Notes under the pieces: model-generated
Database searches by the model: none
The model's input: only the letters and a program-made list of their open reading frames with translations
Told to the model about the DNA's origin: nothing
Shown: piece by piece, positions 55,817-64,000 of the stretch
How positions within the stretch are numbered: position 1 is the stretch's first letter
Layout: each line of letters opens with the position of its first letter
Position numbers and translations under genes: made by a program
Source: Candidatus Pacebacteria bacterium CG2_30_36_39
GTDB taxonomy: Bacteria; Patescibacteriota; Microgenomatia; UBA1400; PJMF01
Reading direction: 5' to 3'
Length of the DNA stretch: 64,000 nt
Assembly (NCBI GenBank): GCA_001873435.1
Contig: MNZB01000003.1
Location: 6,427 to 70,426, forward strand

Positions 55817-56401
55817 ATGCAGATTATGCTCTTTGGAGGAGCTTTTGATCCTCCACACCTCGGCCATCAATACATTACCAAAAATATTTTGGATCAAAAC
55901 ATTGCTGATCAAGTTTGGTATGTACCTGCCAAAAATCATCCTTTTGCCAAAAACATGAGTCCAGCTAAAGATCGTCTGGCTATGTTGCAGTTTTTAGTTG
56001 CTCAAGACTCTAGAACTCGCATTGAGACTTATGAACTGGATAAAGAAGGGGTGAGTTATTCTTATCAAACTCTTAAAGCTTTATCTGCTAAGTATCCAGA
56101 ACATGAATTTTCTTGGTTAATTGGTTCAGACAATCTAGCCAAATTTCATCTTTGGGGCGATGGAAATGGAGGAGATTATAGAATTATGCTTGGAAAATAT
56201 AAGTTTTATGTTTATCCACGCAAGAACTTTTCCTTTTCACCTCTTTATGACAATATGTTTCCCTTAAAAAACATGCAAGAAATCGAGATTTCATCTACTT
56301 TGATTAGAAATCAGTGCTTGAATGATTCAACAATAGATAAACTAGTTGATCCAGCAGTGGTTGAATATATTAAAAATAACCAGTTATACCAAAAGGAGTA
56401 G
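55817..56401 (+). CDS. nadD: Nicotinate-nucleotide adenylyltransferase.
   Basis: LFGGAFDPPHLGH (HxGH nucleotidyltransferase motif) and NadD-like length. Confidence 0.8.
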   Translation: MQIMLFGGAFDPPHLGHQYITKNILDQNIADQVWYVPAKNHPFAKNMSPAKDRLAMLQFLVAQDSRTRIETYELDKEGVSYSYQTLKALSAKYPEHEFSWLIGSDNLAKFHLWGDGNGGDYRIMLGKYKFYVYPRKNFSFSPLYDNMFPLKNMQEIEISSTLIRNQCLNDSTIDKLVDPAVVEYIKNNQLYQKE

Positions 56402-56403
56402 TT

Positions 56404-56715
56404 ATGGCTGCAGCAAAGTACAAACAGTATTTTACCCAAATGGAAGAACAGAATAAGGAAATATTTGCTGATTTTTTTCGTGTTCACCAGTTGTTTGAAT
56501 TGGATGGAACTAAATATGAAGAAGAATTCCACAAAACTGGTCAGAGAGTAGTTGATGTAATTCGTGATTGGGATCGAAGACTTTGTTCAGCTATGGGCAG
56601 AGGTGCTTTTAGCCAATATTCACAGACTTTATCTGAAAAATTTTGGGATGAAGCTCGTAAGACATTTCCCTTAATTGATCGAGTGGGGGTGAGAGTTAAG
56701 AAAAAAGTCGTATAA
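56404..56715 (+). CDS. Hypothetical protein (103 aa).
   Basis: ORF between nadD and nadE with tight spacing. Confidence 0.35.
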   Translation: MAAAKYKQYFTQMEEQNKEIFADFFRVHQLFELDGTKYEEEFHKTGQRVVDVIRDWDRRLCSAMGRGAFSQYSQTLSEKFWDEARKTFPLIDRVGVRVKKKVV

Positions 56716-56725
56716 TATCTAGGTC

Positions 56726-57505
56726 ATGAACGTTTCTAACTCAAAACAACTAATTGATTCAGCAATAGATTTTTTAAAAGAAGTTTTTCAAAAAACCAAT
56801 AAAACAAAAGTGGTTATTGCAGTATCTGGTGGTATTGATAGTGCTGTTTCTTTGACTTTAGCCACTAAAGCTTTGGGACCAACAAATGTTTTTCCTATAT
56901 TTTTACCTTTTGCCAAACAGGATATGAGTGATGCTAAATTGATAGCAGAATGGAATCATATCCCTCATGAGAATTGGCAAGAAATTCAAATTGAACCAGT
57001 GGTTGATGTATTAACTCACTCAACTGATTTGCAGGAGCTAAATCAAACAGAAGCAGTTCGCTTGGGTAATATTAAAGCCAGAGTAAGAATGTTATTTGTT
57101 TATGATTTGGCCAAAAAACTTAATGCTTTAGTATGTGGAACTGAAAACAAATCAGAAAAATACTTGGGTTATTTCACTCGCTTTGGTGATGAGGCCTCTG
57201 ATATTGAGCCAATTGCCCATTTATATAAAACAGAAGTAAGGGCAGCTGCTAAATCATTAAATATGCCAGCTATATTTTGGGAAAAAGCACCCAGCGCTGG
57301 TTTATGGCAAGATCAAACTGATGAACAAGAGCTAGGTTTTACTTATGAAATTGCTGATTTAGTAATGGAACAGTTTCTTGATCAAAAGAAAACTATCGGC
57401 GAAATTAATTTACCTGGAATCGACCAATCAGTAATTCAAAAAGTTATTGATCGAATTAATAACATGAGCTTCAAATTACAGGTTCCATATTGTTTGAGCA
57501 AATAG
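56726..57505 (+). CDS. nadE: NH3-dependent NAD+ synthetase.
   Basis: PP-loop VVIAVSGGIDSAV and the NadE fold. Confidence 0.8.
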   Translation: MNVSNSKQLIDSAIDFLKEVFQKTNKTKVVIAVSGGIDSAVSLTLATKALGPTNVFPIFLPFAKQDMSDAKLIAEWNHIPHENWQEIQIEPVVDVLTHSTDLQELNQTEAVRLGNIKARVRMLFVYDLAKKLNALVCGTENKSEKYLGYFTRFGDEASDIEPIAHLYKTEVRAAAKSLNMPAIFWEKAPSAGLWQDQTDEQELGFTYEIADLVMEQFLDQKKTIGEINLPGIDQSVIQKVIDRINNMSFKLQVPYCLSK

Positions 57506-57529
57506 AACTACTAGACTTTTTTCATAGTT

Positions 57530-58441
57530 TTGACTACATTGACAGATATGTTTCGTTATCTTCCAGTTGAAAAACGTATTCCAGACAATCAGTATAAAAA
57601 CTTGTTAAAACAAATCATTAAAGAAGGTGTACGCACCGAATCCCAACAAGGAGTTGATGCTTTAACTTTAATTGGTCCAAATCCTTTGCATTTTAAGCTT
57701 GAGAATGGTTTTCCTATTATTACTGAAAGAAAAATTAGTGAAAAAATTTGGCAACAAGCGATTGGAGAAATCATTGGCTTCGTTAACGGTGCTCGTACGC
57801 AACAAGAACTAGAAAGTTATGGTTGTAATTGGTGGAAGTATTGGGTAACTGATGCTAAGTGCCAAAAAAGAGGTCTTGAACCAGGAGACATGGGTCCAGG
57901 AAGTTATGGCGCTGCATTTCATGATTTTCCGACTGCTGAAGGCCCAACTTATAATCAGTTTCAGAATATTATTGAGCAAATCAAAGAGAAACCACATTTG
58001 AGAACTCACTTTATTAGTCCTTGGGTACCTCAATATACAATTCGTGGCAAAGGCAAACAACAAAAAGTAGTTGTTTGTCCGTGTCATGGTTGGATTCATA
58101 TTCGTATTATTAACAACAAACTTACTCTACATATGTATCAACGTAGTAGTGACACTCCAATAGGTTTGCCAGCCAATTTGGCTCAATATGCTGCTCTAAC
58201 CTTCATGATTGCTGAAGCCACTGGTTATGAACCATATGAATATGTGCATAGTTTTTCAGATGCTCATATTTATGTTGATCAAATTCCAGCAGTTGAAGAA
58301 TTGTTGGCTAGAGAAGATAAAGTCTTACCAACTATGAAGATGAAAAAGAAAAAAGATTTTTTTGCTCATAGAGTAGAAGATTTTACTTTATCAGATTACG
58401 AACCACATCCCGGGATTTGGAATATTCCCGTAGCTATCTAG
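57530..58441 (+). CDS. thyA: Thymidylate synthase (ThyA family).
   Basis: GFPIITERK, catalytic PCH (VVCPCHGW), LHMYQRSSDTPIGLPANLAQYAAL and C-terminal DYEPHPGIWNIPVAI match ThyA. Confidence 0.65.
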   Translation: MTTLTDMFRYLPVEKRIPDNQYKNLLKQIIKEGVRTESQQGVDALTLIGPNPLHFKLENGFPIITERKISEKIWQQAIGEIIGFVNGARTQQELESYGCNWWKYWVTDAKCQKRGLEPGDMGPGSYGAAFHDFPTAEGPTYNQFQNIIEQIKEKPHLRTHFISPWVPQYTIRGKGKQQKVVVCPCHGWIHIRIINNKLTLHMYQRSSDTPIGLPANLAQYAALTFMIAEATGYEPYEYVHSFSDAHIYVDQIPAVEELLAREDKVLPTMKMKKKKDFFAHRVEDFTLSDYEPHPGIWNIPVAI

Positions 58442-58932
58442 TGTTTAGAAATTTTTTTATGTCAGCTCAATCAAATAAATACCAGGGTGCAACCAGTTTT
58501 GTAGATATTGATAATTCTAGAGAAGCAGAGCAGGTTGAGGTAATGGAACAGATTATTGAAGAGGGAATCTGTCCTTTTTGTATGGAGAACTTTAAAAAAT
58601 ATCATCAAGAAACTATTCTAAAAGAAACAGAACATTGGATTTTAACTCCCAATCGTTGGCCCTATGAAAATACTAAATTGCATTTCTTAGCTATTTTGAA
58701 AACTCATGCAGAAAATCTCCAAGAAATTCCCAAGGGAGCTGGTGATGAATTATTTGAATTGCTTGCTTGGTTGGAGTCAGAAAAACAAATTCCTGGTGGT
58801 GGTTTTGCCATGCGTTTTGGTGATACGAACTATTCTGCTGGGACTATAAAACACATTCATGCTCAGTTTTTAGTGCCAGACATTGATAGTCCTGATTTTA
58901 AACCAGTGAGGTTTAAGATAGGTAAGGGTTAA
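58417..58932 (+). CDS. HIT-superfamily-like protein.
   Basis: CPFC zinc-like motif near the N-terminus and a histidine-triad-like KHIHAQF. Confidence 0.4.
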   Translation: MEYSRSYLVFRNFFMSAQSNKYQGATSFVDIDNSREAEQVEVMEQIIEEGICPFCMENFKKYHQETILKETEHWILTPNRWPYENTKLHFLAILKTHAENLQEIPKGAGDELFELLAWLESEKQIPGGGFAMRFGDTNYSAGTIKHIHAQFLVPDIDSPDFKPVRFKIGKG

Positions 58933-59247
58933 GTTTTACATTTTGATATATTTGTATATAATTTCTTTTTGTGCCTGAAAAGCTTCCCCTCTATGTTCAT
59001 GCCCATGAAACAGGAAAATCTCTAACAGAGTTGATGTTTTGGGTTGAGTTTCAGCTCGGTAAATTTTTGTTATTAGTATTGGGAGAAGAAGAGAGCGGAT
59101 TGTTGCCCATGGTTCTAATTTCAACTGGATCAAGCCTTGTTACTGAATTTCTTCAAATGCCTCAAACGATTGTTGCCGAATTGGCTACCCAAGATGAGTT
59201 ACCTTCACATTTGGCAGATTTTGTAGAAAAAATTAGGACCTCTGAAA

Positions 59248-60105
59248 TTAAATAGAGATTTTCTCAATTTCAACATCATTATCTTTTAAGATTTTTTCAC
59301 CATCCAAAACACTATAGCCATCGATAAAATAAACTTTTTTAATACCGCTATAGGCAATTTGTTTGGCACAAACGGGGCAGGGAAATGTAGTGACGAATAA
59401 TTCGGCTTTATCTAGAGAAATGCCTTGTTTCGCAGCTTTCGCAATTAAAATAGCTTCGGCATGAATGGCTGTTGAGACCTTGAGATACTCACCCTTATGA
59501 AAATTTGCCCTAGGATCTCCTTCATAGACAGTTTCATATTCTGTCGGCACGTGATGGTTGTGGCTAGATAAAACGACTTTATTATTTTTAATAGCTACGG
59601 CTCCAACTTGTCTCCACCAGTCATCGCTTCGGGTTTTCTCATTTTCTAAAAGATTTGAAATAGTTTGTAATATTTTATTACTCAATTTTCCAGAATAATT
59701 TGCTAAATCATTTTCTTTTAATGAAGATTTAAGATCCCATCTTAAGAAGGTAGAGTCAAAAACTACTTGATTTTTGGCAAAATACTTTTGGGTTAAATGA
59801 TGACTGATGTCTTCATCGGAAAACATTAAATCACCATTAAAACTTTGTAATTCATTTAAGTTTTGTGGAGTTAAGATTTTTATGGAATCAAAAATCTTTA
59901 AAGTTTCTAAAAAAAGCTTTATTTCCTCTGGAGAAATCGCTCTAATATCTTTTTGCAACGAACGTAATTCATAGGCCAATTCTTTACCTATCAACCACAA
60001 TTCTTTAATTTCTGAGTGTTTAGCAAAAAACTTAAGATAGCCAGTATGAACAACTGGTATATAGCTAACTAAAACAGCCTTATTTTGTTTCACCTCTGAG
60101 TTCAC
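59248..60105 (-). CDS. dCMP/cytidine deaminase-fold protein with a ~130-aa N-terminal extension.
   Basis: Zinc-binding HAEAILIAKAA...PCPVCAKQIAYSGIKKVYF (H(A)E and PCxxC motifs). The N-terminal domain is unassigned. Confidence 0.6.
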   Translation of the reverse strand: MNSEVKQNKAVLVSYIPVVHTGYLKFFAKHSEIKELWLIGKELAYELRSLQKDIRAISPEEIKLFLETLKIFDSIKILTPQNLNELQSFNGDLMFSDEDISHHLTQKYFAKNQVVFDSTFLRWDLKSSLKENDLANYSGKLSNKILQTISNLLENEKTRSDDWWRQVGAVAIKNNKVVLSSHNHHVPTEYETVYEGDPRANFHKGEYLKVSTAIHAEAILIAKAAKQGISLDKAELFVTTFPCPVCAKQIAYSGIKKVYFIDGYSVLDGEKILKDNDVEIEKISI

Positions 60106-60655
60106 TCAAAACCTCCTCGATAGTTTTAATAAGTTTATTAGTTAAAACAGACTCAATTTTTTGAGCAGCCCCAAGTTGTAAGAGACGAATTTTAGCGCTA
60201 GTAGAAGTAGTTGCCATGGGTTCTAGGACAATAATTTTGCCACAAAATTCTTTAAGGTCCTCTAATTGTTCTGGGGAATAAGTTTCCTTGGTGGCAATTA
60301 GGACATCTGGGCGAATTATTTTAATTAATTCCCATTTTGGGGCAGCTAGTTTCTTTAAAACTACCAGATCAACCGAGGAAAGGTAGGTCAACATTTCCAA
60401 ACGTTCTTCTTCTGGAACAATCGGTCTGTCGTTGCCTTTGCGTTTTTTGATTTTGGTGTCACTATCAATACCGACGATCAAGATATCGCCATAGGTTTTG
60501 GCTTCTTTGCAGTAGCGAGCATGGCCTATATGAAGCATGTCAAAGGAGCCTTGGGTTAAAACAATTTTTTTCTTGTCTTGACGTTGTTTGGTGACATACT
60601 CATCTACCTTGGAGTAGTCTTTGACAATTTTATGGCCATTTTGATTTTTCGTCAT
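60080..60655 (-). CDS. Cytidylyltransferase-like nucleotidyltransferase (RfaE domain II / TagD family).
   Basis: GSFDMLHIGH HxGH motif, ILIVGIDSDTKIKKRKGNDRP and a C-terminal STS motif align with HldE-II/TagD. 26-nt overlap with the downstream deaminase gene. Confidence 0.55.
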   Translation of the reverse strand: MTKNQNGHKIVKDYSKVDEYVTKQRQDKKKIVLTQGSFDMLHIGHARYCKEAKTYGDILIVGIDSDTKIKKRKGNDRPIVPEEERLEMLTYLSSVDLVVLKKLAAPKWELIKIIRPDVLIATKETYSPEQLEDLKEFCGKIIVLEPMATTSTSAKIRLLQLGAAQKIESVLTNKLIKTIEEVLSELRGETK

Positions 60656-60721
60656 GAATGTTTTGATTGTAACGCACTCCGAATTATTTTACAGACAGAG
60701 TGAGGTACAATTCTAAGTTAA

Positions 60722-61474
60722 ATGAAAGTCACTGCAATAAAAACTAAAGTTATTCAGCCTGGTGAAGATTTATTTAAATTTTTACATGAACATATTTCTA
60801 TTTTAGAAGAAAGATCGATAGTAGTAATTACTTCTAAAATCTTGAGTTTTGCCCAGAATAGATTTGCTCCAGCTATTGAAAAAACTAGAGAAGAAAAACA
60901 TGATTTAGTGCGAAGAGAAACTGATTTGTATTTAGATCCAAGTAAATCTAAATATGACATCATGATTACAATCAAGAATTCTTTATTGGCTGTTAATGCT
61001 GGTATTGATGAATCAAATTCTCCAGGTCAATATATTTTGTGGCCTGAAAATCTTCAAGAATTCACTAATCAAATTTGGCAGTTTTTACGCGAAACGTACA
61101 AAGTTAAAGATCTTGGTGTGATAATTACGGATAGCAAAACTATGCCGTTGCGTTGGGGAGTGACTGGTACTGCTGTATCTTATTGTGGTTTTAATCCACT
61201 GATTGATAAACGAGGTTTGACAGATATTTTTGGTCGGGAAATGAAGATGACTCAAATTCAAATTGCTGAAGCCATAGCTATTGCTGCGGTATTTGAAATG
61301 GGTGAGTCTAATGAACAACGTCCTCTGGCTATTGTAAATGATTTTCAACAAGCAATTGAGTTTCAAGATAGAGTTCCTGATGAGGAAGAAATTAAGGCTT
61401 TAAGCATAGATCCTGAGGATGATGTTTATGCTCCTCTTTTATTAAGTGTTCCTTGGAAAAAAGGGGGTAAATAG
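60722..61474 (+). CDS. CofE-like (F420-0:gamma-glutamyl ligase family) protein.
   Basis: VVITSKILSFAQNR, AVNAGIDESN, ITDSKTMPLRWGVTGTAVSYCG and AIAIAAVFEMGES match the CofE-fold family. Confidence 0.5.
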   Translation: MKVTAIKTKVIQPGEDLFKFLHEHISILEERSIVVITSKILSFAQNRFAPAIEKTREEKHDLVRRETDLYLDPSKSKYDIMITIKNSLLAVNAGIDESNSPGQYILWPENLQEFTNQIWQFLRETYKVKDLGVIITDSKTMPLRWGVTGTAVSYCGFNPLIDKRGLTDIFGREMKMTQIQIAEAIAIAAVFEMGESNEQRPLAIVNDFQQAIEFQDRVPDEEEIKALSIDPEDDVYAPLLLSVPWKKGGK

Positions 61475-62034
61475 TGCATGTTTTTTTAATTGCTGCAATA
61501 AGTGCTGATGGATTTCTAGGTCAAGATGAAACCCACAATTCTATGGAGTGGACCAGTGAAGAAGATAGTCAATGGTTTTGGCAAAGAACCGAGCAGGCAG
61601 GGGCCATTGTCATGGGTCGCAAGACTTTTGGAGCAACACGTAGACCTTATACTCCCTTACCAAAGCGCAAGAATTATGTTTTAACTAGCGATCCAGTTCC
61701 ATGGCAAGTCAAAAGTGAATATCCATTGTCTAGATTGGAATATACCAATTTATCTCCAAAAGAATTAGTTAAGTTTGCTGAAAAAGAGAGTACTGAGCTT
61801 GGTTTTTCTGAGTTGGCGGTTTGTGGTGGCAGTAGTGTTTATTCCCAGTTTTTACTTGCTGATCTGCTAGATACTTTATATCTTACTAGAGAGAATAATG
61901 TTAAATTGGGTGAGGGTATTCCTTTATTTGCTGCCATATCATTGGCAGAAGCTTTAAAAAAATATCAACTTATTCAAGAAACTGCACTCAATGATCATGG
62001 TACTGTAATGCAGGAATGGGGAAGAAAAAAATAA
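61474..62034 (+). CDS. folA: Dihydrofolate reductase.
   Basis: LIAAISADGFLG...IVMGRKTF...PLPKRKNYVLTS matches the DHFR signature. The start overlaps the stop of the CofE-like gene. Confidence 0.65.
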   Translation: MHVFLIAAISADGFLGQDETHNSMEWTSEEDSQWFWQRTEQAGAIVMGRKTFGATRRPYTPLPKRKNYVLTSDPVPWQVKSEYPLSRLEYTNLSPKELVKFAEKESTELGFSELAVCGGSSVYSQFLLADLLDTLYLTRENNVKLGEGIPLFAAISLAEALKKYQLIQETALNDHGTVMQEWGRKK

Positions 62035-62465
62035 CTATGAAAATAATTATTAAAAGATTCGATACTAGCTTGCCAATGCCAGAATACAAAACTAGTGGTG
62101 CGGCAGCTTTTGATTTATATGTTCGTGAAGAAACCACTATTCCTGCAAAAAAAGTAGTTTTAGTTCCATTGAATATTGCACTTCAACTACCAGAGAATCA
62201 CTGGGCCTTATTATCTGCTAGGAGTTCTTTGCACAAACAAGGTTTAATGTTAGCCAATGGTATTGGAGTGGGAGATTATGATTATCGAGGTGATGGTGAT
62301 GAGTATAAGGCTGCTTTGTGGAATTTTACGGATGAACCAGTTGTTTTGCAAAAAGGGGATAGAGTGGTTCAAATGATTGTTATGAGTAGAGAATCAGTTG
62401 AGTTTGAGGAAGTCAAAAAGTTTAATACTGATGATCGCGGTGGTTTTGGTAGTACTGGAAAGTAA
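62016..62465 (+). CDS. dut: dUTP diphosphatase.
   Basis: Dut motifs GIGVGDYDYRGDG and C-terminal RGGFGSTGK, 149 aa. Confidence 0.75.
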   Translation: MGKKKITMKIIIKRFDTSLPMPEYKTSGAAAFDLYVREETTIPAKKVVLVPLNIALQLPENHWALLSARSSLHKQGLMLANGIGVGDYDYRGDGDEYKAALWNFTDEPVVLQKGDRVVQMIVMSRESVEFEEVKKFNTDDRGGFGSTGK

Positions 62466-62473
62466 CCAGGATA

Positions 62474-63949
62474 TTATTGAATTCTAAAATTATATTTTAG
62501 ATAGATATCATCCAAAATTTTACCGCTTTGATTGATGATTTTCAGAATTGAAGTGTGATTTGGGCCTTGATGAATCATTTCTGTTGTTCCGAAAACAGAC
62601 AAAACTTTTGCTAATTCCACATCTGTATCATTAAAAACTAAATAGTTAATATCCTGATTTTTAATTATTTCAGTAATTTTATTTTCCAGATCTTTATTGT
62701 TATATTTCCAGCGTTCTGTAAAAAGAAAAACTTTATTTTTTTGGTAACCATTGTTGAAGAAAAAGAAGTAGTCAGTAAAGTTTTGATCTTCAAAAATTAG
62801 CAATCTAGGTTGTGGTAGTTTTTCATCTTTTGCCTGGATTTGTGAGGTTTTTTTCTTAAAACTATCATAGAAAACCCTGTTTTCTTTCAAGGTTGTTATT
62901 ACACTAAGATGAAAAGGAATAATCACTATTATTAAAGTTGTAGCTATGATTATTGGTATAATTTTTTGATATTTTTTGCTTTTTATTTGGGGGAAGATAA
63001 AGTCGCTAAACAAGAGAAAAATAGGTATTACAGATAACAAGTGGCGGTAGGGTAGTAACGATCCCTCAGCCCAACGAATATAGAGAATTTGTGCAATAAC
63101 TAAAGCTGAAAAATTGACAAGTAGTTTTGAGTGACTATTTTTGGTGAATATAAATTTACCCATTGCTGCCCAAAAAATTAAAAAAGTAGCTATACCAGCC
63201 AAGCCAAACCTTTCATTGGGCCAGATATTTTTGTATTTGAAAGAAGAAATCCAGTTTTTTTGTTCTTCTCCTGGTAAAACATAATTTGCATCAACATAAG
63301 ATGCTAAAGTATTCATACTTAGATTCAAAGTTTCTGAGGCTTTTTTTGAAAAAACAGGAGGATCAAAAAAGATAAAAGGAAGTCTTATGAGATGAGTAGC
63401 TATTTGTTTTGGAGAAAATATTGCTACTGTAATTTTTCTAAAGCCATTGCTTCCCAATGGAGAGCCAAAATGTTGCCAGTTATTAAAGACAGTATATGAG
63501 TAGCCTGAAATTAAAAATAAAAATATAAAAGTAACTATAATTTTTTTTGCTATAAACCAATAGTTTTTTAGTCCTTTGAGTACTAAAAATGGGAGCAATA
63601 AATATACTAAGGTATTAATCTTAATCATTACCAAAGTGAGGCTAGTGATGCCAATTAATAGGCTTAGGTTTTTTATTTCAAGTTTTTCTTTAGTAGTAAG
63701 TAAAGTAAAAATGTAATAAATATAGCTTAAGAGTGTTGTTGTAATCCAAAGTTCTTGAATCAATGATTTAGAGAAAAAGCTAAAAATATAAGGGGAGGTG
63801 ACAAATAACAAAGTAATCATTAATCTAAGCCTTCTTCTGTTGGAAATTGCTTTAAATGCTATTTGGAAAAATACGACGCCAAGAGGTAGAGATAGCCAAT
63901 AAAAGATTTGAGCAATTTTTTCATGAACATTAAAGATCAATGGCCACAT
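62474..63949 (-). CDS. GT-C fold membrane glycosyltransferase (ArnT/PMT-like). Possibly N-terminally truncated by the window edge.
   Basis: Twelve or more TM helices in 491 aa with a GT-C-like layout. The reading frame stays open upstream of the first Met to the end of the window. Confidence 0.4.
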   Translation of the reverse strand: MWPLIFNVHEKIAQIFYWLSLPLGVVFFQIAFKAISNRRRLRLMITLLFVTSPYIFSFFSKSLIQELWITTTLLSYIYYIFTLLTTKEKLEIKNLSLLIGITSLTLVMIKINTLVYLLLPFLVLKGLKNYWFIAKKIIVTFIFLFLISGYSYTVFNNWQHFGSPLGSNGFRKITVAIFSPKQIATHLIRLPFIFFDPPVFSKKASETLNLSMNTLASYVDANYVLPGEEQKNWISSFKYKNIWPNERFGLAGIATFLIFWAAMGKFIFTKNSHSKLLVNFSALVIAQILYIRWAEGSLLPYRHLLSVIPIFLLFSDFIFPQIKSKKYQKIIPIIIATTLIIVIIPFHLSVITTLKENRVFYDSFKKKTSQIQAKDEKLPQPRLLIFEDQNFTDYFFFFNNGYQKNKVFLFTERWKYNNKDLENKITEIIKNQDINYLVFNDTDVELAKVLSVFGTTEMIHQGPNHTSILKIINQSGKILDDIYLKYNFRIQ

Positions 63950-64000
63950 ATAAATTAGACCACTTCCATATAAGTAGACATTTTTTCGTTCATTTAAGGT

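Noticed and set aside
1-64000. Alternative genetic code (UGA as a sense codon, as in SR1/Gracilibacteria).
   Set aside because: Long conserved proteins such as LeuS, TopA, ThrS and PBP2 are uninterrupted, and TGA terminates several genes at the expected protein lengths. Standard code 11 fits.
1-64000. CRISPR array, prophage, integrase, transposase or rRNA.
   Set aside because: No regularly spaced direct repeats with unique spacers were seen. No recombinase or transposase motifs and no rRNA-like conserved stretches were recognised.

Overview
Low-GC, gene-dense bacterial chromosomal window. The standard genetic code applies: long conserved ORFs such as LeuS, TopA and ThrS are uninterrupted. 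The style of the genome fits a reduced, possibly Patescibacteria/CPR-like organism: many intrinsic terminators with A/T flanks, frequent 4-nt start/stop overlaps and several promoters sitting a few nt from the ATG. This is inference. Four functional groups of genes are present. Translation: leuS, thrS, rplJ-rplL, secE-nusG-rplK-rplA, rpmG, rpmB, def-fmt and five tRNAs (Pro-CGG, Thr-GGU, Tyr-GUA, Thr-UGU, Trp-CCA). DNA uptake: comEA, a frameshift-split comEC, and dprA-topA. Cell envelope and shape: two divergent mreB-like genes, mreC-mreD-PBP2, murD translationally coupled to a PP-loop gene, a tagA/wecG-like glycosyltransferase, GT-B and GT-C glycosyltransferases, an O-antigen-ligase/TPR protein and galU. 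Nucleotide and cofactor metabolism: ndk, nadD, nadE, a thyA-dCMP deaminase-folA-dut module and a pyrH-like kinase. Several transporters (2x EamA, Nramp-like) and many small hypothetical proteins are also present. The most notable non-genic signal is a sigma70-like promoter driving a leaderless 14-codon Thr-rich leader ORF (MKSLIVITTNTTTL) with overlapping antiterminator/terminator hairpins directly upstream of thrS, which looks like leader-peptide attenuation of a tRNA synthetase gene. Other points worth a second look: a single-T homopolymer frameshift splitting ComEC, a candidate MurL-type epimerase beside murD, a degenerate MreB paralog directly upstream of mreCD-PBP2, a split and rearranged secE-nusG-rplKAJL cluster, paired palindromic hairpin elements flanking a GNAT-like gene, repeated TTCGGGTGAGGTTGT motifs, and a GC-rich structured intergenic element ahead of a tRNA operon. 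No CRISPR array, rRNA, integrase or transposase was recognised.
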